Shown piece after piece: positions 1-9,822 of a stretch of DNA of 33,000 nt. The stretch comes from Octopus sinensis (lineage: Eukaryota). Numbering within the stretch: the first letter of the stretch is position 1; every line of letters begins with the position of its first letter. The notes beneath the pieces were generated by a model that made no database searches, was not told where the DNA came from, and was given only the letters and a program-made list of their open reading frames with translations. The DNA lies in the NCBI RefSeq assembly GCF_006345805.1, contig NC_043001.1, positions 99,820,001 to 99,853,000 on the forward strand, read 5' to 3'. Both the position numbers and the translations under genes were made by a program.

Positions 1-90
1 GTCTGAGTCAGTTCTTATTCAGAGCTACTGTTCCTCCTCCTCCACTTGTAGATGAGATGGAGGACCCTATCTCAATTGCCCATTTCTCTT

Positions 91-155
91 TTCTACAGCT
101 GGGTGCTCTTCCTGTCACCAACCAATTCACAGAGTGTACTCGGTGCATTTTATCA
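91..155 (-). mobile_element. Degenerate fragment of the recurrent RTE-family 3'UTR/tail
   Basis: TTCTACAGCTGGGTGCTCTTCCTGTCACCAACCAATTCACAGAGTGTACTCGGTGC is a diverged match to the block (TTCTACAACTGGATGCCCTTCCTAACGCCAACCACTCTGAGAGTGTAGTGGGTGC) in the copy at 30141-30510. Confidence 0.5.
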
Positions 156-701
156 GGATACCAGCACTAGAGAGGTCTAATCTCTAAATGATCTAATCTC
201 TACGTTGTTCCAACTCGTTAGTCAACCATGTTATGAAGTGTATTGAGAGCATTTCAGAGTGACACCAATGACAGTCTTCAGCTCTCTTGGTGAAATGTCT
301 GAGAATGTGAATTAATGAGAAAATTGGTGGCAGAGGAGGAGCAGGAGGGGTGAGTGGAAGTTATAAGAGAGTGTGGGGAGAAAGAGTGATGGACAGTCTT
401 AATAGGGAGGCAGTTGATGGTAAATAGGGTGAAAAGTGGTAAATGGTAAAAGTGAATAATGACAGTCAATAATGACTCAGGGAAAATGATTGATGGAATG
501 TCAAAGGTTATGCTTTCTTTAAGTGACACCAGCAGAATATATCAAATAGAGAGAGAGAGAGATGGTTGGTTGTTTCGAAAGAAGTTGAATGATGGTGACT
601 GAGTGATGGAAGGATGAATGACTGAGAGATGAGAGTGCATCAAAGAAAGTGGAAGATTTGATGAGAAACATATTTGATGAGAAATTCAACTATGTACATG
701 T

Positions 702-749
<48 letters not shown>
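702..749. repeat. (CA)n microsatellite
   Basis: Direct reading. Confidence 0.97.
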
Positions 750-750
<1 letters not shown>

Positions 751-774
751 AATACATATATTATACATATACAT

Positions 775-995
775 GTGTGAGGAGGTGCAAAGAAGTTCCT
801 CACTTTAAGGGTATTATGAAAGACCTGGTTGGAGGCCCAACCTTCTGAGTTCTTTTACAGGGCTTCACAAAACTGAAGGACTACTGCAAAAAGTGTGTAA
901 ATCTGAGAGAGGGATATGTTGAATAAAATCATAATTAACTGATCCTCCTGTATTTTCTTTTACATAAAACCAAGAACTTTCCAGCAGCTCTTAGT
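775..995 (+). mobile_element. Mariner-derived non-autonomous element (MITE-like), degenerate
   Basis: Imperfect terminal inverted repeats (TGTGAGGAGGTGCAAAGAAGTTCCT.. / ..AAGAACTTTCCAGCAGCTCTTAGTA). 855-926 reads LQGFTKLKDYCKKCVNLREGYVE*, matching the mariner transposase C-terminal pattern GIxKLxxRWxKCxxxxGxYVE*. Confidence 0.75.
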
Positions 996-1053
996 ATATA
1001 CAATATATACATATGTACACAGTATATATGTATAAATAATTGCATTTGTATAC

Positions 1054-1064
1054 ATGTGTGTGTG

Positions 1065-1100
<36 letters not shown>
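1054..1100. repeat. (TG)/(TA)n compound microsatellite
   Basis: Direct reading. Confidence 0.95.
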
Positions 1101-1101
<1 letters not shown>

Positions 1102-1536
1102 GACCCATTGAGGCAAGTGAAAATCAAAATCAAAATCAAACCAAATCAAATCAGATATCAGAAAGCAGAACCAAAATCGAAGTCAATCAACATCAATGGA
1201 AATTGCAGCTGTGATACCAGTGCTGGTGACAAGTAAGCGAATCATCCGATTGTGGCCGTTGCCAGCGCCGCCCCGACTGGCCTCTGTGCCGGTGGCACGT
1301 AAAAAGCACCATCCATCCGTGGCCGTTTGCCAGCTCCGTCTGGCACCTGTGCGGGCGGCACGTAAAAAGCACCCACTACACTCATGGAGTGGTTGGCGTT
1401 AGGAAGGACATCCAGCCGTAGAAACACTGCCAGATCAGACTGGGCCTGATGCAGCCTTCTGGCTTCACAGACCCCAGTTGAACCGTCCAACCCATGCTAG
1501 CATGGAAAGCGGACGCTAAATGATGATGATGATGAT
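1101..1536 (+). mobile_element. RTE-clade LINE 3'UTR (or RTE-dependent SINE tail) with (ATG)n tail
   Basis: Same 3' block as the copies at 15534-16135 and 22860-23975, which are attached to RTE ORF2 remnants. Ends CCATGCTAGCATGG-AAAGCGGACGCTAAA-(TGA)n. CpGs are retained, so it is probably young. Confidence 0.8.
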
Positions 1537-2180
1537 ATATATGCATGTGTTTATATACAAACACACACACACATGTGTACATACACACACATTATGCCAT
1601 AAAGTTTTCATTACTCTCCCTATTTTCAAAGGTCTTCTCTCGCAACATCTATCGACAATGAATACAGTTGTTTGTCATCTTCTCCATGAAGCTAAGGGGA
1701 ACTTTTCTATATTCTATCTTGAGATATTAAAACCATTCTTGACTGTGAGTAACAAATTTTCTGATTTAATGTTTGTATTAGAGCAAAATAATAAAATTAA
1801 TCTCTCCCTTCAGCTGACTTATATTACTATAGATTATTTAGGAATAGCCCCAAGTATATTACATTTAAAATTTTCAATAATCACTTAATCAGCCTACTAC
1901 ATTACAGGTTTGTTCTGTGTGCCTGCTCATCCGTCTGTCTATAAATATACTATATACATACAAACATATATGAGCAGAATTTAGGTTTGTTAAAATATGT
2001 TTGTCACATATTTCAACTGCTAAAGGCAAATACACTGCAGATATGGTGGAGAAAAAATCCCTCTTATGGTAAAAAGGTGTGAAAACACCCAGTTCGTTCA
2101 GTGTTGCCATCTGTTAGAAGTCCCAAACATTGATGATTCAAGTTTTTTGACTCTTGTCAATGAGATGTACCTAAGAGAGG

Positions 2181-2264
2181 CAACTCTGAACAGACTGAAT
2201 AAAGCTGTATGTCTCTGCTAAAATGAGACATACTTATCTACATGGCTGAAACAGCTGTAAGATG
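2181..2264 (+). ncRNA. Degenerate hammerhead-ribozyme-like motif (probable Penelope-like terminal repeat remnant)
   Basis: CAACT-CTGAACA-[long stem II containing the perfect hairpin GTATGTCTC/GAGACATAC]-GAAA-CAGCTG-TA-AGATG. Core G8 is mutated and stem I pairs 4/5. It is followed by a T-rich tract and AATAAA near 2434. Confidence 0.4.
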
Positions 2265-2668
2265 TAATCTATACTTATATTTATATTTACTTATATTTAT
2301 ATTCTCTTTTATATATATTCTACTTATTATACAACATTACTCTTTTATGTACACTTTTTTATGTACATTCCTTTATTACACTGATTTGTTCTGCTTTTTA
2401 TATTTAACCCTACAGTCTCTTATGTGGTGGTTTAATAAAGTATGTGATTGAGTATTATCTGGTAATTGATATTTGATTTAGATGTATTTCTCCATTTTCT
2501 TATCTTGTATTAGTAATTTGTGGTAAATCATTTTACCTTTGCCCGTATAATACAGTAAATGAATTGATTGCATCGCAATCATTAACATTTATGTATTAAC
2601 TTTGTTGGGTACTTCACTAGCAGTATATTGGATATATGTTATCCCATGGAGGGTTGCATTTACAACCC

Positions 2669-2706
2669 CTATCTCAATTTGTGTGTGTGTGTGTGTGTGT
2701 GTACGC

Positions 2707-2737
<31 letters not shown>
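2669..2737. repeat. (TG)n microsatellite, interrupted
   Basis: Direct reading. Confidence 0.95.
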
Positions 2738-2738
<1 letters not shown>

Positions 2739-2944
2739 TTTTTTTTTTCCTGGATTTTTATGTACATTTTTTAATCTTCTTTGTTATAATAACTTGTCTG
2801 AAAAGATCACCCATCAACCTATTGACATAAATAATTAGCAACATTTTACAGCCGGAGACTCATTCTGATGTCAACCACTGTGGAATAAGTGTGGTATCGG
2901 TAAATAATCTCGATGATTTTGTTAAATCAATATAAATCAGGAGG

Positions 2945-3415
2945 AAGATAATGTGCCCACCAGACTGATAAGTGATTAGGGGTTGCTGGCTGGTATTCTG
3001 AAGTTAGTGTTGCAGACCATGAGGTCATTTGCATCACAGAACTCCAGTAGTCTTGTTCCCTCCTCATTTCCAGGGCCAAAGCCCTAACCACCATGCACCA
3101 CATGGAATCCATGGGACTGCTATCCAACATGTCCACTGAAGTTGCCAACCATCATAACCAAGTTTCTATCGCTTGTTGTTGAGGTGGTCTGCAGGTAGAT
3201 CTTGTAGAGTTGGTCATTCTGGTCATCAGCCAGCCCGTGGAGGAGCAGAGGCAGAGATAAAAGTAACTACTAATTTATCTATGATGAGCCTTAGTTTAAT
3301 AACACTATCGCATACTCTGACAACCCCACTTACTTTATCTACTCATTTTTCTGCTAAAAGTATGCCCACACCACCCACTCCATCACTTCTGCTTACCCAG
3401 AAGAATTTGAAACTA
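2945..3415 (-). mobile_element. RTE-clade LINE AP-endonuclease pseudogene fragment
   Basis: Hand translation across stops and frameshifts: FFWVSRSDGVGGVGILLAEK*VDKV..RVCDSVIKLRL..TFISA..VGNFSGHVG*..HGG*GFGPGNEEGTRLLEFCDANDLMVCNTNF..LITYQSGG. These are the canonical LINE endonuclease motifs (GVG, SAYAP, GDFN, LLEFC, NT.F, TY.SG). Confidence 0.9.
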
Positions 3416-3543
3416 TTTACATTTTTATACATACACACACATGTATATGTGTACATATATTTATACATTCACTTGTGTACATATATCTGTCTGACCCACA
3501 TAAGGAAAGAAAAGTGGATGCTAAATTATAAAAATGAGGATAA

Positions 3544-4018
3544 TCTATATATATAAAACTGTAGTTGTGTGAGTGTCTGTCCCCTTCGATTTAGATTCCT
3601 AACTACTCCCACATTTTGCGGTGCAGTTTAACCAAATTCGGGTATCTTATAGTCGTGATTCATATCGAGCCCGTCTGAGTATTAGCGCGCGTCTACGATG
3701 AGTCTACGATTTAAAAATAATTTAACATCATTTTTTATTCCATTTTAATGCATAATTTTTCGTGTGTTGATGGCGGCGGAGTTGGCGTCCATGGTCACAC
3801 CTGCACCTGTGGGGAAGGGAGTGTAAGGAAATCAACGTCGTAAAGCGTTGTCAAGGAGACCAGCGTTCTTTTAGAACAACGACTTCATGGCTTGAAGACA
3901 CCAAAACAGAAATGGCTAAGAAAGCCCGAATTGGCATCTATAAGGAAAGTAACTCTCTAAAAATGCTTATATAGTTATTTCCCTTACAAACCCGAGCAAC
4001 GCCGGGCGATACTGCTAG
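3544..4018 (+). mobile_element. Non-autonomous Helitron, complete (475 bp)
   Basis: Starts TC(TATATATATAAAA) after an A and ends CTAG before a T (A|T target, no TSD). Subterminal GC hairpin CCCG-A-GC-AAC-GC-CGGG at 3991-4006. CpG-rich relative to the flanks. Confidence 0.88.
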
Positions 4019-4118
4019 TTTATTATATAAATATAGTTTTGGGTTAAAGAAATATGTAATGAGTTTCCTAGAAATTAAAAGCTGAGTTTGTGTAATGCGA
4101 TTGTTGCCATTGTCCTCT

Positions 4119-4176
4119 TCATCATTACCATCATCATCATCATCATCATCTATCACCACCACCATCATCATCATCA
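4119..4176. repeat. (CAT)n/(CAC)n trinucleotide repeat
   Basis: Direct reading. Confidence 0.9.
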
Positions 4177-5429
4177 TAATTCTACATAGGCTTTTCAAGC
4201 TGGCAAGGCTGGATGGGTTGTCATTGTCCAAGTTAGCTCTTGGTGCTACTGCACTATTAGAGAGGTCAAGGTATCATGTGCCTCACTTGCATGTTCCAAG
4301 TTTATGCCTGGTTTCCAAAGTCAGATGTCTTTCGAAACCAAACCACTTTCCAGTGGGTTTGGGGTACATTTTATTGTTGTATCAAGATCAAAGAGGTTAT
4401 GTTCTCCTAAAAATGAAAGGATACTCTATTCGTTCAAGGTGGCATGACCAAAATGGATGGAAGAGATGAAGAGGAGAGAGAGGTGGGAGAGGAAGAGAGA
4501 GAGAGAGAGATAGGATATATGTACTGGGGTGAGTGTGTGAGAAAAGCAAGATGGAAGAAAACTGAATAACTGAAGTGTTAGAGTGGTGGATGGGTAATGG
4601 GGTAGGGTGGGTGGCAGTGTTGGGGAGCATAATGGATGAAGAGTAGTAATGGAACCTCCTGTTAACTGGAGAGAGGAAGAGAGAGAGAGAGATTGAATAA
4701 GCAATGCATGTTATCTACATAGAACACAATATCTATGTCTAGCAGGTGTTACATTAGAGGTGTGTAATTAGAACTTAGAGATGGATATTGTAGAAGGAAG
4801 TTATGTGTCAAAAATAATTAAACAGACTGGAACGAAATGCATTGGAAACTCAAAGGCTATCAATTGTAGATGTGAAGTTAATTACATTCTGTGAAGTCAA
4901 GACTAATTCTTATCTGCAGGATGGTATAATATGTAAGAACCACTTGTAGCAGAGATCAAGAAAATAAGAAAATATTCTGTTAAAATGAGTAATAAAAACA
5001 AACTGTGGTCATTTAGTTGGATTGCACTAACAACAAAATTTTAGTTGCGCTTGCGATAAAATATTAAGGAATGATATTTGACTGTCATCAATATTGTCAT
5101 GGTCAGTGTCACCACTGTGTCGTTGTCATCATTGTTTTACTGTCCATTTTCCTGTGCTGGCTTGGTTCAGATTAGAGTTTGTCGAGGCTGAGTTTTCTAT
5201 GGCTGGCTGGCAACCGTTAGCTGTTTCCAAGCGAGGTAATAATAACTCTGTCGATCAATCAATCAACTACCTGGTTATGAAATGACACCATCCGTGTGAG
5301 CAGGGAGGCTGTTGTTTACAGCTATTGAATACATGTGAAGATGAGGGAAAATACGAATCCACTTATACACTCACACACATATACACCAATGAATACATAC
5401 ATATATATATATATATATATATGGTGGTT

Positions 5430-6110
5430 GCTGTATCTTCACAGATAATTGCTGTCTCTGGGATATGTTATTGTTAAAAGCGTTTCTGACATTCTGTGTT
5501 TGACCTCTCAAATGGCTGTTGAGCCCCATTGCAGATCTGCATAGTTTAAAGTATAGGTGAGAGACCAAAGTTATAACTTCCACTGGACTGAGCTGTCCAT
5601 TCTGTTAGATATGGTCCCCATAAACTGCCATGTCTCTTCAGAGACTTGCAAGCCCTTTCACACTCTACACATGTCAAATCACCTGTCGAGGAGCAAAGAT
5701 GCAGCACTAGACAGTTGATCTTTCCCTAGACTTCAGATGGTTGGCATTTGCAGTTTTGGAAGAGAATACATGGCCACACATGTTCTCACTGACATTCTAA
5801 TAACAACCCTTCCAAAGTCAGCACTTAAGGTTTTCATGCCCGAAGCAGCCCCTTTTCAAAAGTTTTACAACCTACCCAAGTAAGTTTCCTTCACTCAAAT
5901 CTTACCAAAATTAGTTCTTCCTAGCTGCAGCTGTTTTCCGTTGCCTTTTTGGCAGTCTTTATAAGGTTTCTATGATTTGTGCCGAGGACACTTTCCAGAG
6001 CACAGCTCACCACAGAAGGGCTGTTGTGGAATTCTATTGTCTTCTCTACACATATCGTGGCCTGCCCTTTGTATTTAAGCAGATATGGTGAGTGACTGAA
6101 TGCTCATGCA
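5430..6110 (-). mobile_element. RTE-clade LINE ORF2 C-terminal pseudogene fragment with three degenerate C2H2-like fingers
   Basis: Hand translation: QRAGHDMCREDNRIPQQPFCGELCSGKCPRHKS*KPYKDC (cf. RWAGHVxRMxDxRIPKQLxYGELxxGKRxxxxPxKRYKD), then CGHVFSSKTANANHLKS, TCVECERACKS-LKRH and KLCRSAMGLNSHLR. Confidence 0.8.
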
Positions 6111-6834
6111 TCCTGTCTTTGCAAAGACTTTTGCGTTATATGTTTTACTTTACTACATACATACATGCATGCATAAGTTATAGAGGTAGAATAGAATTAT
6201 ACAAAAAATGTAAATCATTACAATAAAATATTTTATATATTAATTCAAATGACATTAAAAAAGATAAATATGGACAGAAAGATGATAAAAGAATGTAGGA
6301 CCCTCTGGTTGACTATTAATAGAAAGAGAGGTAACCGAGGTAACCAACTGCTCAAAATATGAGATGGGATTAGAATTTTGAATTTCACATAATATCAAGG
6401 AATATGAAAGGATACAAAAAGTGCACATGTGTCAAATATCTGATTAGAAATATTTGTGATGAGGAAACAGCAATATTAACTCAATGATCAACATTATTTT
6501 AATATTTTGGTAAGTACAGGAAAAAAAAAACCTCTGGTGATATTTCAGCAGTCTGAGACTTCATCTGTAACAACTTAGATCTCTCAAAAGACTTTTGAGG
6601 CTCACAACAATAACTCTTAAAACCCTATCCAACAAGTAATCCCACAGTTCTCACCAACTCCTAATTATAATTTCATAAGTTTATTTCACCAAGCAATGAT
6701 ACAATTTTCCCAATATTCTGTTATAATATATCATACTTGTATTTTCACTTTTTTACATTTTGAATAAATATTTAATCAAAAGGATTGGAGTAGGTCACAG
6801 AATTGACAGTGCACAAGGTAAAATGCCTTGTGGT

Positions 6835-6995
6835 ATTTAGATGGACTCCTTTATACTTTTAGTTAACTTAGCATTTCATTCTTGTAGGGCTGATAAAATA
6901 AGTGCCAATTAAGTACTGGGTTGACCCAATCAAACATGCATTCCTCCAAAATTTGAAGCCTTGAGTCTATATGAGAAATAATAATTTTTTCCATT
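6835..6995 (+). mobile_element. Degenerate 3' part of the tRNA-derived SINE family seen at 9823-10040
   Basis: TTTCATTCTTGTAGGGCTGATAAAATAAGTGCCAATTAAGTACTGGG aligns by eye with the central block of the 9823-10040 copy. Confidence 0.65.
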
Positions 6996-6999
6996 GAAG

Positions 7000-7400
7000 A
7001 TAGGCAGTGCCCTGTGGAAGACAGTCATAGTAGGGGGTACGTGAAAAAGACAAAAGACGTAAGTTTGGGAAATTTGTCATTACAGAGTATTTTGAGTAAA
7101 GACTTGCTTGTCAATCAGATGGCCTATCTTTGGAGGTGATCCAGAATAATTGCGAAGCAGCTGCACTGCCTCATATTAGTGGTAGGTCCATGTGTACCCT
7201 CTGGGGGTCAGATTCTCAGATCTGATTTATTTTCTTGTTGTTAAGAGAAATCTCAGCATTTGAAATGCTATTTTTGCTATGTTATACATGTTTGGTGACC
7301 ATGAAACATTATCAGAGATTATGAGACTAAGCCTGTATACAGAATATTTGTTGTTTATGAGAAGGGTGGGTTTAGTGTTGTTATTGCATTTTTTTAATGT
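7000..7400 (-). mobile_element. CR1/L2-type LINE ORF2 remnant (end of RT and downstream region)
   Basis: Hand translation LIISDNVSWSPNMYNIAKIAFQMLRFLLTTRK*IRSENL...HLIDKQVFTQ..VFCLF resembles LGxxIxxNLSWxxHIxxIAKxAxxxLxFLxR..RLI..LCLFY. Heavily decayed. Confidence 0.6.
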
Positions 7401-7529
7401 TCAATGACTTCATCATAATAATGATGTTAACGAGACTAGATAATACGATCATGTTGCCATTCAAAGATGTTTTGATGCATTTGTTCTCAGAAATTATGGA
7501 TGCCTATTGGGAAGTGTGTAGATCTTGCA

Positions 7530-7573
<44 letters not shown>

Positions 7574-7642
7574 GTCTATATATATATTATGCATATGTAT
7601 GTATGGTGTGTGTGTATATATATGTTATATGTGTATATATCT

Positions 7643-7680
<38 letters not shown>
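7530..7680. repeat. (TA)n / (TG)n compound microsatellite
   Basis: Direct reading. Confidence 0.95.
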
Positions 7681-7836
7681 TGTGAAATAGAAAGATGAAT
7701 AATCTTGTAGTAGATTAATCAAAAGTTTAACCGATACCTTGGTAGCAAAAATCACAGCAGAAGACAGCACGGTTGGAGGTACAACCATATGGTGTTGCAA
7801 CCGTGCGTTGGTGCGGATAATTGAAATTAAAATATT

Positions 7837-8089
7837 ATTGGTGAATTGAAGAAATGGAGCTGAACGAAGATTGAACAGAAATCGTTTTATTTCATTCTAC
7901 ACGTGTTTCGAAAGGCACAATTTACCAAAATCCGATTGAATAATGAGACCATATTGTGTCTTTCTCTTCAGGAAATATGGTCTCATTATTCAATCGGATT
8001 TTGGTAAATTGTGCCTTTCGAAACACGTGTAGAATGAAATAAAACGATTTCTGTTCAATCTTCGTTCAGCTCCATTTCTTCAATTCACC

Positions 8090-8092
<3 letters not shown>
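7837..8092. repeat. Perfect inverted repeat: arms 7837-7955 and 7974-8092 (119 bp each), 18-nt spacer; probable Penelope-like terminal-repeat fold-back
   Basis: Base-by-base comparison of the right arm's reverse complement with the left arm gave no mismatches. Spacer is GTGTCTTTCTCTTCAGGA. Confidence 0.97.
7895..7974 (-). ncRNA. Minimal type I hammerhead ribozyme with intact core
   Basis: Minus strand: UUC (7974-7972), CUGAAGA (7971-7965), stem II GAAAGACACAAU...AUUGUGCCUUUC (12 bp, 1 mismatch), GAAA (7909-7906), CACGUG-U-A (palindromic stem III ACACGUGU, GUA triplet), GAA (7897-7895). All conserved core bases are present. Confidence 0.8.

Positions 8093-8093
<1 letters not shown>

Positions 8094-8148
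<55 letters not shown>
8094..8148. repeat. (TA)n microsatellite abutting the inverted repeat
   Basis: Direct reading. Confidence 0.97.
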
Positions 8149-8151
<3 letters not shown>

Positions 8152-8334
8152 TGTTTTTATTGTTTAGTAAGAGCAGGCATTACCCATAACTCTTTTAAGC
8201 CTCTGAGACTTGTGAAGTTGGGATGAAAGAAAGATGCCCTCAAATCAAAGACCTGGCTTCAATGTTTGCTGAAGAGACTGAAAATACCTGGTGGGGATTT
8301 TAAATTATGTGACAGATTAAGTCTCCCACCCAAG

Positions 8335-8553
8335 TAGGCCATAGCAGGATTTGATCTCAGAAGGCAAGGAGCTACAGTGAATACGATGCAACATCTTGTT
8401 TGATGTTCTCATAGTTTTCACAGTCCACTGATCTGGATTAATACTTTATTTATCCCATAATGAAGAAAGGCGAAGTGAACTTTGGTAGCATTTGAACTCA
8501 GAACCCACACAGAAGAACCAAATATTGTGCACTAATGATTCTGCCAATTCCTT
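8335..8553 (-). mobile_element. Two degenerate tRNA-SINE fragments
   Basis: ATTTGAACTCAGAAC and CTAATGATTCTGCCAATT are reverse complements of the B-box and A-box region of the 9823-10040 family. A second B-box-like GGATTTGATCTCAGAA lies near 8347. Confidence 0.55.
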
Positions 8554-9484
8554 ATAAATGATTGAGTACAGAAAACGAAGATGACTTGTGTCATTTGCCC
8601 ATAGACTCTATAGTTATAAACAGAATCTAAAAATAGTATTTCTATATTTTTGTTGAAACTAAAATTCCTTTTCCAACACTGCCACATTCCATTTTTGTCA
8701 GGTATTGTTAGACTATTCTGTAAATTTTGGTATTGCACCTTGTAATAACATTTCTTTAACTCAGTCACAAAGTTATGAATTAAACTAACCCTATAACTTG
8801 GTTAATGTTTTTAATTTCATTGGGCAGCCAATGATATGAACTCAACCAGTCAACTTTACTGTCACAAACATTCAGATGGTTTAACTGGATCAAGTAATTG
8901 TGCAAATCAATGATAAACACCTTAACTTCTCAGACACTTTTTTTTATCAAATAGTGAAGTCAAAGGAATATAAACTTTCAATAATGAGTAAGAATTGAAC
9001 ATAAATCCTTTACTATAAATCATAGTTGGGATTTAGAATCTCTGAGAAGACAAAAACCCATGATCATTCGTTAACATTGCTTCTTCTGGCATTTTTTTCT
9101 TCCTAGCTCAAAGCTTAAAGTACCAACAAAATGTAAAATATATCATATTTATTCTTACTGATCCCTCTTTTGTTGAGAGAACAGTAAATAGGGTTCAGAA
9201 AGGTGACAGGAATGATCCTGACAGACAACAGCTTTTAAACCATCTCTTAAAATCTGACTGTTGCTTCTTCTATAACCAACAATAATATTATAATGACAAT
9301 GACATTTTCTTTGTATTTCCATCATAGTTATATAATATCAACTTTGTTTCAATGTCAAATCCAGAAATTGTCTGATAAACTTCATACCGTAATGTTTCTA
9401 AAGAAAATAGATTGACTGTATGTGTCAGTGGTGTACTTTACTACATTATTTGTAGCAGTTCAAGTGGAAAATTAATCCACTTAC

Positions 9485-9520
9485 TTTTTGCTCATGCTTT
9501 GAGAGTTCAAGAGATCTACA
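9485..9520 (-). CDS. Candidate 36-nt exon of an unidentified minus-strand gene
   Basis: Acceptor tgttgttttttctcttAG and donor GTAAGTG. Length is a multiple of 3. Open as CRSLELSKHEQK or VDLLNSQSMSK. No homology recognised. Confidence 0.4.
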
Positions 9521-9822
9521 CTAAGAGAAAAAACAACATAGTGAGATGATAACTCAAAGCTGTCTCATTAGATCAGAAATGGAAAGAAAAAATATTTGTT
9601 GATAAATCTATTGAAGTAGATTTGTAGAGATATTCAGTTGAATCTGTAGACTGAAAGAACCTATTTCAGGAAAAACAAAACATATTTTTCTTCTGGGAAC
9701 AATGACAGTTTGATAACTTTTAACCACGATGAAATATTTATTTGGAGATTTGAGCAACTCTGATTCTTAAAATATCATTTTCCATTTGATAAATTCAATT
9801 TTTAGTATTACATCTAATTTAA

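Noticed and set aside
278-529. 83-aa minus ORF, and the similar purine-skewed stretch 4426-4704
   Set aside because: They faintly resemble decayed CR1/L2 ORF2 segments, but no motif is convincing. Neither a gene nor a confident repeat call.
2852-2893. Plus-strand AG..GT 42-nt interval (PETHSDVNHCGISV)
   Set aside because: Short pyrimidine tract, weak donor (GTATCG) and no partner exons. Consistent with a chance pseudo-exon.
6584-6600. Short palindrome CTCAAAAG-A-CTTTTGAG
   Set aside because: 8-bp arms are expected by chance in AT-rich DNA of this length.
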